From IMG/VR virus record IMGVR_UViG_2510461076_000001, positions 2,162 through 66,161 of that record: a stretch of DNA of 64,000 bases; one strand, given 5' to 3'. Made by a program: the position numbers and the translations under genes. Below, piece after piece: positions 1-9,029 of the stretch (the stretch's first letter is position 1; every line of letters starts with the position of its first letter). Under the pieces are notes generated by a model. That model had not been told where the DNA came from. It saw nothing but the letters and a program-made list of their open reading frames with translations, and searched no databases. The DNA is from a virus (lineage: Duplodnaviria; Caudoviricetes).

Positions 1-17
1 CGTGAATTCGCGGCGGC

Positions 18-251
18 TCATTGCGCACCCCCGCTCATGAAGCAATCGTTGCAGATGAGACCACCGCGAATATGCTCCCCGCTGAGTTCCTGCGGGAATT
101 TATAGCGGCCGCACTTCGGGCACTTCGCCTGGCGAAGTCCGGCGCGAAGCTGGACGCGCGCCCATTCGTGCCATTCGAGATAGCCGGTCGGCGCCGGATC
201 GCCGCCTCGATAGGTCGGGATGATGTGGATGTGCGCGAAGTCGCGGTTCAT
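18..251 (-). CDS. Small Cys-rich (CxxC..CxxC) phage protein
   Basis: CPKCG and CNDC motifs; ATG 251 overlaps the upstream stop (ATGA). Confidence 0.65.
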   Translation of the reverse strand: MNRDFAHIHIIPTYRGGDPAPTGYLEWHEWARVQLRAGLRQAKCPKCGRYKFPQELSGEHIRGGLICNDCFMSGGAQ

Positions 252-436
252 GCGCGCCTCCCGAACCACGGCATAAAACGGCCGATGATCGACTTGCGCG
301 TCGGCCGCTTTGCCGCCTCGGCTGCTTCAAGCTCTCTCTTGAGCTGCTCGACGACAGCGTTGCGGCGATCGATGAAGGCGATGGTGCTGGGCCTGGCGCT
401 GGGATGCTTGCGAAGGTAGTCGGCTGCGGTTCTCAT
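248..436 (-). CDS. Hypothetical phage protein
   Basis: MRTAADYL..., ATGA-coupled on both sides, AGGAGG upstream. Confidence 0.65.
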   Translation of the reverse strand: MRTAADYLRKHPSARPSTIAFIDRRNAVVEQLKRELEAAEAAKRPTRKSIIGRFMPWFGRRA

Positions 437-1083
437 GCTGCCTCCTTCGACATGGCGTCGATGTTGCAGTGGTGGACGGTGTAGGTGTAGCAGGCCACCC
501 AAGGGTTTTTTGCTGCCGCGCCGGCGCCGTTGATGTGATCCCAGAGGGCGAAGTAGCTTTCGCGCGGGTCCCCGTTCCAGGTCGAGGCAATCCCGGGGAT
601 GCCGTAAGTCGGAGCGACCCACTCAAGCCCTTCGGCGATGGCGTCTTCCCGGCTGATGTCCTTGAGCCGTTCGATCTTCACACCGGTGACGATCAGCGTC
701 ATGCGAGAGAACTCGCGCGGCATATGGATCGAAGGCCAGAACTTGGCCTGCGGATATTCCGGGTTCTCGTCGGCTTGGTAGATTGCGTGGCCGAAAGGGC
801 ATCTACGCGCTTCCGAGATCGAGAACACATGATCCCCGGTATGCGACCAAGTCTCGCGGACCCAAAGGCGATCGCCCTCTACAATGCGCACTTTGGCGTA
901 CGCATGAATGATGCCACCCAAGGCATATTGCCAATTGGAAGGCTCTTGCGGGAATGGCCTATACCAACTGCCGTTCTTCAGCACTTTCGGCTGAGGCTTC
1001 AGCTCCCGGCGGGTGTTGGTCTTCAGGCCTCGACGGTTGGAGCGGATCATGGAACCGCTGAAGAGGATAGGGCGGTCGGTCAT
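433..1083 (-). CDS. ASCH/PUA-like phage protein
   Basis: MTDRPILFSGSMIR..KTNTRR, GDRLWVRETW and WPSIHMPR motifs typical of this phage family. Confidence 0.7.
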   Translation of the reverse strand: MTDRPILFSGSMIRSNRRGLKTNTRRELKPQPKVLKNGSWYRPFPQEPSNWQYALGGIIHAYAKVRIVEGDRLWVRETWSHTGDHVFSISEARRCPFGHAIYQADENPEYPQAKFWPSIHMPREFSRMTLIVTGVKIERLKDISREDAIAEGLEWVAPTYGIPGIASTWNGDPRESYFALWDHINGAGAAAKNPWVACYTYTVHHCNIDAMSKEAA

Positions 1084-1486
1084 GCTGCTCTCCTTGCCAA
1101 GGTGAAGGGAAGGCGGCTCGACAGCACCCACATGTGATACATGTCTGCCTCGTCGATCAGTTCGGACGCCGGCGGCATGACCTGGACGGCCGTTGCCTCT
1201 TCCCCGCAGATTTCGTTCTTGATGCGCTGCATGTCGCGCCACGGCGGCTCAAGCTGTGAGGCGGTCCGGATGGCGAGGTGGATCACCTCGTTGCCCTGCT
1301 CGTCGACGAAAGGGCGGACCAGCACGACATAAAGATTGTTTGCCTGGACGCGCCGGACTTCCTTGTTCCAGCCCTTGCCGCCTGGAATACCGTCGGGCAG
1401 GTCGGTGATGCGCCAGAGGCCCAGTCACCTTTCAGGCCCCGGCGTTCGAAGGAGCGGGCGGCGCGGCGTTGCTGACGGGTGCTCAT
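1080..1486 (-). pseudogene. Frameshifted hypothetical phage gene
   Basis: N-terminus MSTRQQRR..KGDW in one frame continues as GLWRITDLPDG..IHLAIR..WRDMQRIKNE in the -1 frame at a GGG run near 1420; both ends ATGA-coupled. Confidence 0.65.
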
Positions 1487-2142
1487 GCCGGCAACCCCGC
1501 AAGATATTCCTTGGCGGCTGCAAGCTCGGCCTCGTATCGAGGGCGATCGATGACGACGATCCGCTGCGTGTCGATGAAATAGCTTTTGAGCTGGGTTTGC
1601 TTCGCGGACCATGCCGTCCAGAAATCCCAAAGCTCCTTGGCATCTACCAGCCAGTCGCGGGCGTCTTCATGGTGGTTGTCGGCAAGATAGTTGTCGAGCA
1701 CTTCCTCGAGGTCGAAATCAAATCCGTCTTCGCGGCAGCAGAAGGCCCATGCCGGAAGCTGCGAGGGGATTTCATCGTCCGGCACGCCGCCCCACGAAAG
1801 CCTGTCGCCATGCTTTTCCAGGAGCTCGGCCACGTCCTGGGCGTAATCATCCTCGTCGCCGGTCGTCGTGACCCAGCCGTCGTAGTTATCGATGACCTCG
1901 GCGCGGACGAGACGGGAAGCCTCCATCCGCTTGCGGCTGCCTTCCTTATACTCCGGCGAATCCATCTCCATGGCCTTCGCGGCCCATTCCTCGGAGTTGA
2001 AGACGCGCTTTCCGTCGGCGGTCGCCCAGAGGTTCGGATTGCGGGTGTCCCTCTTCAGCCGAAGCGGGACCGGCTTTGATTTGTCGTGCTTTCCGGTGAT
2101 CTTCACGGAAACGAATTGGCAGTTGGCGTCAATCGCGGTCAT
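1483..2142 (-). CDS. Hypothetical phage protein
   Basis: 219-aa ORF coupled to both neighbours by ATGA overlaps. Confidence 0.75.
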   Translation of the reverse strand: MTAIDANCQFVSVKITGKHDKSKPVPLRLKRDTRNPNLWATADGKRVFNSEEWAAKAMEMDSPEYKEGSRKRMEASRLVRAEVIDNYDGWVTTTGDEDDYAQDVAELLEKHGDRLSWGGVPDDEIPSQLPAWAFCCREDGFDFDLEEVLDNYLADNHHEDARDWLVDAKELWDFWTAWSAKQTQLKSYFIDTQRIVVIDRPRYEAELAAAKEYLAGLPA

Positions 2143-2969
2143 GCGGTCACCTCTGGGAAAGCATTGTGGGTGACGCCGTCGATCGTCCGACCGGACAGCT
2201 TCTTGCCGATGCGTCGGACCGTTGCGCCGTCGTCGAATTGGAAATGAACGCCGGGACCGGCGACTTCCGAAACGGAAACCCATTCGCCGTTTTGCTTGTG
2301 GTGAAAAGCCGCTCCGGCAGCTGCCGCCTGATCTCGCAAGCTGCGAAACCAGTCCGGGTGCGTCGGGCGAGCCTTATGCCCGCCCTGATCAGTTTCCCCT
2401 CCGGTGATCACCCAATCCGGCATGAACGCCGGCGGCACGATGATATCGCTTATGAGCGGTTCGAAGCTTCCGAAGGTGAATAGCGGCCGCAACTCCATTT
2501 TGGCCACCTGCAGCGCAGGCAGGTTTTTGTCAGCGCGCGGCTGATCCTCGCAAGTTGCGCCGAGGGCGGCATTCTCCGGCAGCCCGCCGGCCGCATCCGC
2601 CATCTTTACGATGTTCTGCGGGCGCTTGGTCAGCAGCAAATAGACGAGGCGCGGCGTCTTGCGCATCACCTCGAAGGCTTCGGCGCGCCACTGTGGATCA
2701 ACCTGGTTGTCGAAGATGTCGGCGAGGCTGGAAGAAAATACGAATGGTCGATCGCCGTCCTTCTCAGCCTGGCGCTGCCAGCGGAACGGATCGTTCCAAG
2801 TATGGGCGCCGGTGCGCACGCGCGGATGATTGCCCCACTGCACCTTGCCATAGCGCTTGTCCATCATGGCTTCGGCATAGCAGCCGTCGCATGCCGGACT
2901 GACCTTGGTGCAGCCCATCCACGGATTCCATGTGTGGCGGGTCCATGAGATTGCCGAGTTCTCAGCCAT
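2139..2969 (-). CDS. Gp37/Gp68 (DUF5131) family radical-SAM-like protein
   Basis: TWNPWMGCTKVSPACDGCYAE, SLADIFD, LLTKRP, WVITGGET motifs. Confidence 0.85.
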   Translation of the reverse strand: MAENSAISWTRHTWNPWMGCTKVSPACDGCYAEAMMDKRYGKVQWGNHPRVRTGAHTWNDPFRWQRQAEKDGDRPFVFSSSLADIFDNQVDPQWRAEAFEVMRKTPRLVYLLLTKRPQNIVKMADAAGGLPENAALGATCEDQPRADKNLPALQVAKMELRPLFTFGSFEPLISDIIVPPAFMPDWVITGGETDQGGHKARPTHPDWFRSLRDQAAAAGAAFHHKQNGEWVSVSEVAGPGVHFQFDDGATVRRIGKKLSGRTIDGVTHNAFPEVTA

Positions 2970-3424
2970 TATGCCGCTCTCCGCTTCAAATCTTCTGGAT
3001 TGGTGAGGACGAGGCCCTGCTCCGAATAGTGACGGTGGACCGTGTCGAGATAGATCGTCTTCTGCCGCGTCGTCATCAGACGGGTAACGCCGAAGTCGAA
3101 CGGCACCATCATCAGCTTGAGCTTGTGCTCGTAGGGGAGCGGCATGATCACAGCGTCATATTCGGCCTTGAACACGTCGTTTTCGTTCCGAAGGATCGGC
3201 ACGCCGAAATGCAGCTTGCAGTATCCCCGGACCTCTTCCGGCGACTGGTCGCCGAGTTGGGCGGAGACCTCCAGCACCCACAGGCGCTGAAGCTTGTTCT
3301 GATCGCTGGTCCGATGCTTGCCGTCGGTGATCGAGCAGGTGAAGGGCATGGTCTTGCCCATGATGTATTTCACCAGCATGTCGCGGGCTTGGTCGGTGTC
3401 GACGATGCGGTTGTTCGTGGACAC
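2969..3424 (-). CDS. NinB/YbcN-like recombination accessory protein
   Basis: RTSDQNKLQRLW and CKLHFGVPIL motifs; next to the recombinase. Confidence 0.6.
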   Translation of the reverse strand: MSTNNRIVDTDQARDMLVKYIMGKTMPFTCSITDGKHRTSDQNKLQRLWVLEVSAQLGDQSPEEVRGYCKLHFGVPILRNENDVFKAEYDAVIMPLPYEHKLKLMMVPFDFGVTRLMTTRQKTIYLDTVHRHYSEQGLVLTNPEDLKRRAA

Positions 3425-3425
3425 G

Positions 3426-4499
3426 TCAGCCTCCGTTCAACGAAGAAAGCTGCGCGAGGCGGCGCGTCTTGATGGCGAACGCTGCTTCGATCATGTCGGC
3501 GTGGCCTTCCGTCTCGAGCACGGCCGGTGCATCGAAGTCGTTCCAGATCTCCTCGACGTCAGCCTCGTCCTTCGCGCCGGCCACAGCCGTCTCGATCTCG
3601 TCGAGGAAATCGCCAAGCACGAACTCGGAAGCCTCAGAAGGCTTTTCGTCAGGTTCTGCCTCGATCGTTTTCGCGGACGGCGGCGCCGGCGGCTTGGGAG
3701 GCTTGGGCGGCGTCGGCTTGCTCTCGACCGATTCTGCCAGCGGGGTGATGTCGCGCATCGCCTCGGCTTCGGCGATCTCGCGCACCTCGAACTCGTCGCG
3801 GATACCGCCGAGCACGTCGCCGAACAGCTCGCGCAGGCAGTAGCCGGCCGATCGCCAAGCTAGCATTCGCTTCTGGAAGCGATACCATGGGGCGTCGTTC
3901 GGCTGATCGTCCTTCCAGATCTTGCTACCGTTCTCCCAAACCTGCTTTCGGACGGTGGCCCTGTCATCCCAGAGCCGCGCGTGTTTGGCGTCGGCTATGC
4001 TGAAGATGACAGTTTTCTCCTCGCCCGTGTCTGAGCGCTTCGCCGCGCAATATCCGAATGTCCGTTCATCCTGGGACAGTGCCGCAAAGGCCTTGGCAGT
4101 GATGCCAGGCTGTGCCAGTTCCGATTCTTCGCTGGGGAGCACGCCAGCATCGCGCAACAGCTTCATATCGTCTTTGGCAAAGCCGGTCCGGAGATATGCG
4201 ACCTTGCCGGACATGCGGACGACGTTGATCAGTCCGTCGCCGTAAAGTGCTGGCCTGCCATTGATGACGGTGAAGCTGCGAAGGCTGACCATCGGCTTCA
4301 GGCCAAGCTCGGCGCCGGACATGATTGCGACCGCAACAGCCGCAGCGGCATCATCGCCGGTCAGCTTGCCGATCAGCGCAGACGGGGCGAGGCCTGAGGC
4401 CACGACGGCGCGACCGATGCGCATCGTCTCCTCGAAGGTCTGCGGGACGATGGCGAGGACATTGCCGCCGCCGGAGAGGGTGGGAACGTGAGAATTCAT
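3426..4499 (-). CDS. RecT-like single-strand annealing recombinase
   Basis: GAELGLKPMVSL..VINGRPALYGD and PW..F.KRML.WR...YCLRELF.DVLGG motifs; Pro-rich linker. Confidence 0.75.
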   Translation of the reverse strand: MNSHVPTLSGGGNVLAIVPQTFEETMRIGRAVVASGLAPSALIGKLTGDDAAAAVAVAIMSGAELGLKPMVSLRSFTVINGRPALYGDGLINVVRMSGKVAYLRTGFAKDDMKLLRDAGVLPSEESELAQPGITAKAFAALSQDERTFGYCAAKRSDTGEEKTVIFSIADAKHARLWDDRATVRKQVWENGSKIWKDDQPNDAPWYRFQKRMLAWRSAGYCLRELFGDVLGGIRDEFEVREIAEAEAMRDITPLAESVESKPTPPKPPKPPAPPSAKTIEAEPDEKPSEASEFVLGDFLDEIETAVAGAKDEADVEEIWNDFDAPAVLETEGHADMIEAAFAIKTRRLAQLSSLNGG

Positions 4500-4508
4500 G
4501 GCGATCTC

Positions 4509-4841
4509 CTATCGGTCGACGTCGTCGAAGATCGATCGGTTGCCCTTTTCATCGAGCAACGTCCGATCTTCCGAGTACTTGCGCTGTCCGTTGGGATATT
4601 TGGCCTGCTTCTCTTCATCGGTGCGCAGATCTTCGACCGGGCGAAGGGCGGCAGCCGAAGCCATTTCGGATTCGGTCTTGATCTCAACGATCTTGACCTT
4701 CGCCTCGCCGCGCTTGGTTGGCACGTAGATGCGCTGTCCAACCTCGACGGGGAAATCCGCGAAGTAGTCGTAGGATTTGTCGCTTTTCTCCCATGAAAAC
4801 TGAACGGCGACGATCGTGCGGGTGGTTGCCTCGGTCATCAT
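4509..4841 (-). CDS. Hypothetical phage protein
   Basis: 110-aa ORF in the early operon. Confidence 0.6.
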   Translation of the reverse strand: MMTEATTRTIVAVQFSWEKSDKSYDYFADFPVEVGQRIYVPTKRGEAKVKIVEIKTESEMASAAALRPVEDLRTDEEKQAKYPNGQRKYSEDRTLLDEKGNRSIFDDVDR

Positions 4842-5848
4842 GCTGCCCTCTGTTCGGAACGGATTGCCATCCCGGCAAGCTCGACACCGGAGCGCGCGGC
4901 CCGGTTCGCCAGCGTGTCGACGACTTCCTTGATTTCGGCGCGATCCTTCAGCGCCAAAAGCAGCGCGTCGAAATCGGTGATCTCGGCAAAGACGAAGGTG
5001 CGGAGAGAGACCTTGGCGCCAGTCCGGCCAGCCGACGCGTTGCGGGCCTGAGCGTCGCGCTCAGCTGCGGCCGCCTGCTGGGCAAGCCGCTCGGCTTCGG
5101 CGATGGCATTGTTCTGCGCTGCGATGGCCGCCGCATCGTTGTCGTTGATCGCAGCCGCTTTTTCCGCAGCGACGCGCGCAGCATCGGCCTCGCGCTGAAT
5201 GCGGTCGGCTTCCAGTCGCGCCGCCGCCTGGCGCTCGCGCTCCTTGCGTGCTTCCTCCTGCAGGAAAGCGTCCATGTGCCGCTTCAGCTTCTTGCTGATG
5301 GCGTCCGGCTCTTCTTTGAGTTCGCGCCACTTGTTGTCGACGTTGCGGCCAGCATCGAGATGCGGCTGTTTTTCGACCTTATGCAGGTCGGTGGCTTTCT
5401 TGGCGATCGTCGACAGGCGCTTGGACCAGATCGCGGCACGGTCGGCCTCGGCCTGCGTCGTGATCGGCTTCTTCATGAAGGTCTCGGCCTGCTCGCGCTC
5501 GGCGGCGAACTCGACCTGCAGAGCCTCGAACGGGTCGGACGGCAGGTTGTGGCCGATGGCAGGAGCTTCCGGCTCGTCATCCCAGCCCGCGCCCTCGATC
5601 GCCTTGGTGTAGGCCTCATAAGTGATCGGGTTCCGGCAGCACCAGGTCCAGATCTCCGAAGCATCGACCTGGCGATCGCCGCGCATGGCGTGCCACTTGC
5701 CGTCCTCGAACCAGATCGCGACCGGCTCCCACGGCTTATCCTTGAAGCGCGTGCGATAATAACCCTGCTGAGGGTCGCCGTCGTGGATCGGGCCGATGTT
5801 GCCGGCGAGGGCGTTCTGCCACCAAGCCCAAATATTCACTTCTGCCAC
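4838..5848 (-). CDS. Coiled-coil phage protein (recombination-module associated)
   Basis: Trp-rich N-terminal domain followed by a long Ala/Glu-rich helical region. Confidence 0.75.
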   Translation of the reverse strand: MAEVNIWAWWQNALAGNIGPIHDGDPQQGYYRTRFKDKPWEPVAIWFEDGKWHAMRGDRQVDASEIWTWCCRNPITYEAYTKAIEGAGWDDEPEAPAIGHNLPSDPFEALQVEFAAEREQAETFMKKPITTQAEADRAAIWSKRLSTIAKKATDLHKVEKQPHLDAGRNVDNKWRELKEEPDAISKKLKRHMDAFLQEEARKERERQAAARLEADRIQREADAARVAAEKAAAINDNDAAAIAAQNNAIAEAERLAQQAAAAERDAQARNASAGRTGAKVSLRTFVFAEITDFDALLLALKDRAEIKEVVDTLANRAARSGVELAGMAIRSEQRAA

Positions 5849-6054
5849 GTGATTTGCTCCTGATTGATGACGGCGCCGGCCTTGAAGCTCTGCTCGGTCG
5901 GCGCGATAGCGATGAAGGTGAGGACGCCGAAGGCGGCCATGGCGAGGATGAGGGTGACGGCCTTGTTGACAGCGTCGGTAAGGCGGGCATGCTCTTCGAG
6001 GACAGGGGCGACTCGGCGGTTGATGTCAGCCAAACGGGCTTGGATGTCGGTCAT
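5836..6054 (-). CDS. Small membrane protein
   Basis: One hydrophobic segment VTLILAMAAFGVLTFIAIA. Confidence 0.55.
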   Translation of the reverse strand: MTDIQARLADINRRVAPVLEEHARLTDAVNKAVTLILAMAAFGVLTFIAIAPTEQSFKAGAVINQEQITWQK

Positions 6055-6061
6055 GTTCCCC

Positions 6062-6505
6062 TCAATCCGTGTAAGCGATGAATTTGAAGCGGCCATTGCC
6101 GAAGCTTTCGAAGCGCCCGCCGAACGTGCCGTCGACGACCGCGCGCACCTCGGCTTGCGTCGTTCCTTCCGGATAGACACCTTCCTTGATCATCGAGGAG
6201 TTGCTGTGAGACTTCGAATGCCAGTCGATCCTTGTCGGATCGAGCGGACGAGGACGCCAGTGCGTCCATGCGCCGTCTGGATTTACGGGACCGACGAGGA
6301 AGCCGTTGAATGGCTTCTCATCGTCCATGAGCTTCCAGCCGCACTGAGGGCACCACTCGCGCGGCTCGGTGCACGAGCTGCATGGAGGGCTGATGTGGCA
6401 AGAGCAATTCCTATCTCGGTCGTTCTCTTCGATGATACCGGCGCAGCCGTCGCGGCTGCAAACCTGGCCAACACCAAAGCCGACTTCTTCGCAGGCGATG
6501 CTCAT
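6062..6505 (-). CDS. Cys-rich hypothetical phage protein
   Basis: CSCHISPPCSSC and CPQCG motifs. Confidence 0.7.
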   Translation of the reverse strand: MSIACEEVGFGVGQVCSRDGCAGIIEENDRDRNCSCHISPPCSSCTEPREWCPQCGWKLMDDEKPFNGFLVGPVNPDGAWTHWRPRPLDPTRIDWHSKSHSNSSMIKEGVYPEGTTQAEVRAVVDGTFGGRFESFGNGRFKFIAYTD

Positions 6506-6840
6506 AAGATATCTCCCATCCGGAGTTCGTCGCGGCGGGCCTCGGCCTTCGCGTCCAGAGCGGCTTCGTGCTGGGCGGCAGCTTCGTACATCAGCCAGTC
6601 TTTGAACCCGTCACCGCTGGTGAAGCGGTCGGCGATCGACCACGGCAGCGTGAGTTCGTCCTTGCCGTCGAAGAACTGAACCTTGTCCACTTCGACGCTC
6701 GGCTCTTCGCCTGGCTCAGTCAGCGTCTGCTTGCAGCCGGGGTGGACCGTGAAAGCGACGACCATCTTGAGTTCGATTTCAGTCCCGCATTCGGAACCGC
6801 TGATCAAAATGTGCTGGTGCGCGCTGAATTTCTTACTCAT
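6502..6840 (-). CDS. Hypothetical phage protein
   Basis: Coupled ORF in the early operon. Confidence 0.65.
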   Translation of the reverse strand: MSKKFSAHQHILISGSECGTEIELKMVVAFTVHPGCKQTLTEPGEEPSVEVDKVQFFDGKDELTLPWSIADRFTSGDGFKDWLMYEAAAQHEAALDAKAEARRDELRMGDIL

Positions 6841-7055
6841 CAGATCCGTGCTCCCTGAACGAGAGCAGACTGAAGCGCCGGAACCTCGCCGCGGAAGTCT
6901 GCGGCGCGAGCGGTCGGCTGCTTCTCCCAGCCCGACATTTCCTTGATCCGCTCGACGTCCATCCGGTCGCGAGAAGGCAACTGGTCTTGGACCGTATCCA
7001 AGAGGTCGAGAGCTTCGAAGAGCATGTTGCGGAGGGTGGAGGGGGAAATGGTCAT
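6840..7055 (-). CDS. Hypothetical phage protein
   Basis: GAGG RBS upstream of ATG 7055; stop overlaps the next start. Confidence 0.55.
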   Translation of the reverse strand: MTISPSTLRNMLFEALDLLDTVQDQLPSRDRMDVERIKEMSGWEKQPTARAADFRGEVPALQSALVQGARI

Positions 7056-7065
7056 GGTCCCGCCC

Positions 7066-7329
7066 TCACGAATAGATCTGGTCGGCGTCGGTAACGCCGA
7101 GGATTTCACGGGAATAGCGGTAGTGGCCCTCGACCTGAGAGCGGTAGCCCTTCATGAAAGAGGGGCCTTTGATGGTGTTCTGCGGCGCATACATCTTCTC
7201 GAAGCCGAGAGCACCGCTGCGCTGAGCCTCAATCGCCATGTATGCGTCACAGTCGGCGAGGGTGCGGGCTGCATTCCAGCGAGCGTCGCGCTTGCTCTGT
7301 TCAGTTTCTATGGAGCGAATGTGCTGCAT
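7066..7329 (-). CDS. Hypothetical protein, first gene of leftward early operon
   Basis: Directly downstream of the OL/PL region. Confidence 0.7.
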   Translation of the reverse strand: MQHIRSIETEQSKRDARWNAARTLADCDAYMAIEAQRSGALGFEKMYAPQNTIKGPSFMKGYRSQVEGHYRYSREILGVTDADQIYS

Positions 7330-7370
7330 GGCTTGCGTCCTAATCGCCGTGGTTGGCTTGTGTGATAGGA

Positions 7371-7440
7371 CTATAGGAAAATTCCTATTTTGCTGTCAAT
7401 AGGAAAAATAGGAATTAGCCTATTGCGGTAGGAATTTTAT
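7371..7440 (-). promoter_or_regulatory. PL promoter with OL operators (ATAGG-N6-CCTAT)
   Basis: Palindromes ATAGGAAAATTCCTAT (7373-7388) and ATAGGAATTAGCCTAT (7408-7423); minus-strand TTGACA at 7399-7394. Confidence 0.75.
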
Positions 7441-7451
7441 TTTGGGCAAAG

Positions 7452-7483
7452 AAAAGCGCCGGCGGGAAGATCCGACCGGCGCT
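7452..7483 (-). terminator. Intrinsic terminator downstream of the Arc-like gene
   Basis: AGCGCCGG/CCGGCGCT stem followed by a T-run on the minus strand. Confidence 0.6.
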
Positions 7484-7517
7484 CAAGAGGGGAATTTCTT
7501 TAGATCAGCAATAGGGC

Positions 7518-7796
7518 CTAGGTTGTCTCATTTCGCAACGTATCCAGCCTGTCGAATACGGTGCGCCAAACGTCCGCTCTTTTTTCAGCCGGAAGTTTGC
7601 CCACGAGATCGGCGATATCCTGCAGGTGTTCGTCAAGCTTGGTCTCGTCGGGGTAAGTGCGATCAAGGAGAACAAGCAGTTCGGCGTTCACGGACCGGTT
7701 GTTGGAATCTGCGACGCGCTTGATGCGATCTCGCATTCCTTCGGGAACGCGAATGATGATTTTGTCGAGGAGGCGGCTAGGGCTTTGATCGCTCAT
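7518..7796 (-). CDS. Arc-family ribbon-helix-helix DNA-binding protein
   Basis: DKIIIRVPEGMRDRIKRVADSNNRSVNAEL motif. Confidence 0.85.
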   Translation of the reverse strand: MSDQSPSRLLDKIIIRVPEGMRDRIKRVADSNNRSVNAELLVLLDRTYPDETKLDEHLQDIADLVGKLPAEKRADVWRTVFDRLDTLRNETT

Positions 7797-7917
7797 GCAA
7801 AACGCATACAAGCCGCGCTTAACCAAATAAATATTGGCCAGTGGCCATACACGCAGACGGCGCTATGTTCGTTTCTTCATACTTAAAAGAGCACTGCCAA
7901 GTGCCATGGAGCAGCGA

Positions 7918-8274
7918 ATGACTGATCTATTTTCCTCCCTCACATCTTCAGAAGACGTTTTGTCCGGACGGTTCCGCGTTCATCCTGTCGTTGGTGACGA
8001 GATGGAGCCGGAACTCCGGGGCGGCCGGGATTACGTCCTGGCTGCGCCGGTGACCAGTTATGAGGGGGAGGGCATTTACCTGGTGGATGTGGGGCTCGGA
8101 ATAGAACTGTTCAGGGTTTCGAACACTCTAGGGCCGGCGGGCGAGTTGCTTCTAACGCGAGGAAACCCGCACTATGCTCGGCACCGCTTGGCGCGGCGGC
8201 AATTCTGCGAGGCAGTGGTCGGGATCGTCGTCGCTGATATTCGGACGCGCGAAGAGCGATTCCTCAAATCGTGA
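7918..8274 (+). CDS. Stand-alone S24-like domain lacking catalytic Ser/Lys
   Basis: GDEMEP / DYV / GIYLV / ELFRV / GNPHY aligns with the CI C-terminal domain GDSMLP / DVV / GVYAL / VVKRL / DNPRH; GGAG RBS. Confidence 0.7.
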   Translation: MTDLFSSLTSSEDVLSGRFRVHPVVGDEMEPELRGGRDYVLAAPVTSYEGEGIYLVDVGLGIELFRVSNTLGPAGELLLTRGNPHYARHRLARRQFCEAVVGIVVADIRTREERFLKS

Positions 8275-8944
8275 AGCGGCCGATGTAGCGGCCGATGATC
8301 TGGATTTCGTCGATCGTCAGCGTCCGCGTCGTGTGGCGCGGGTTGTCCGACGAAACCTGGACCGTGATGATCTCGTCGCCCGGCCTCGATACCACCTCGA
8401 GACGCTTGACGACGACGCCGCCGAACTCATCGGCCAGAGCATAGACGCCTGGCGGCGATGGAACGCGGTGCCGCGTGTCGACGAAGACGACGTCTCCGTC
8501 GTCGATTGTCGGCAGCATCGAATCCCCCTGCGAAGGAAACGCCTTGATATGCTGCGGCCGCGCATTGAAGCGGCTGAGCATCCATTCCGGCAGGCGCCAG
8601 ACGTCTCGAACGGCTTCCTTGTGGAAGGTTATGCCGTTTCTGGTCGTGTTCTCGATAATGGAAAGGCCACCTCCGCCCAGGCCAGCCGTCACGTCAATCT
8701 CGTCGATGTTGCCTTCACCCTCTTCCTTGTCCGGCGCCGAGGATGGCGACCCTAACAACTCGTCCTCAAGATCGAGCAGCTCAGCGAGCTTTCGGAGATC
8801 CTTTTCCTTCAGCTCGCTCGGAATGCCGCGCTTTATGTATTGCTGCACATAGGCGTGGTTCTTCCCGAGCGCCTCGGAAAGCTCCTTGTAATCCAGGTTT
8901 CTTTCGAGGCGACGACCCTCAATGAGTTTTCGAATCCTATCCAT
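8264..8944 (-). CDS. CI-like prophage repressor (HTH + S24 autopeptidase)
   Basis: N-terminal HTH (ELSEALGKNHAYVQQYI), GDSMLP and VVKRL catalytic motifs; divergent from Cro. Confidence 0.93.
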   Translation of the reverse strand: MDRIRKLIEGRRLERNLDYKELSEALGKNHAYVQQYIKRGIPSELKEKDLRKLAELLDLEDELLGSPSSAPDKEEGEGNIDEIDVTAGLGGGGLSIIENTTRNGITFHKEAVRDVWRLPEWMLSRFNARPQHIKAFPSQGDSMLPTIDDGDVVFVDTRHRVPSPPGVYALADEFGGVVVKRLEVVSRPGDEIITVQVSSDNPRHTTRTLTIDEIQIIGRYIGRFTI

Positions 8945-8958
8945 AAAAAATCACTGCC

Positions 8959-9022
8959 ATAGGAATTGACAGCAATCTAATAGGAATGTACCTATCGCAA
9001 TAGGAATAGTCCTAGTAGGAAG
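8959..9022 (+). promoter_or_regulatory. PR promoter with OR operators
   Basis: TTGACA 8966-8971; ATAGGAATGTACCTAT 8980-8995; ATAGGAATAGTCCTAG 9000-9015; same consensus as OL. Confidence 0.75.
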
Positions 9023-9029
9023 TCTGGCA

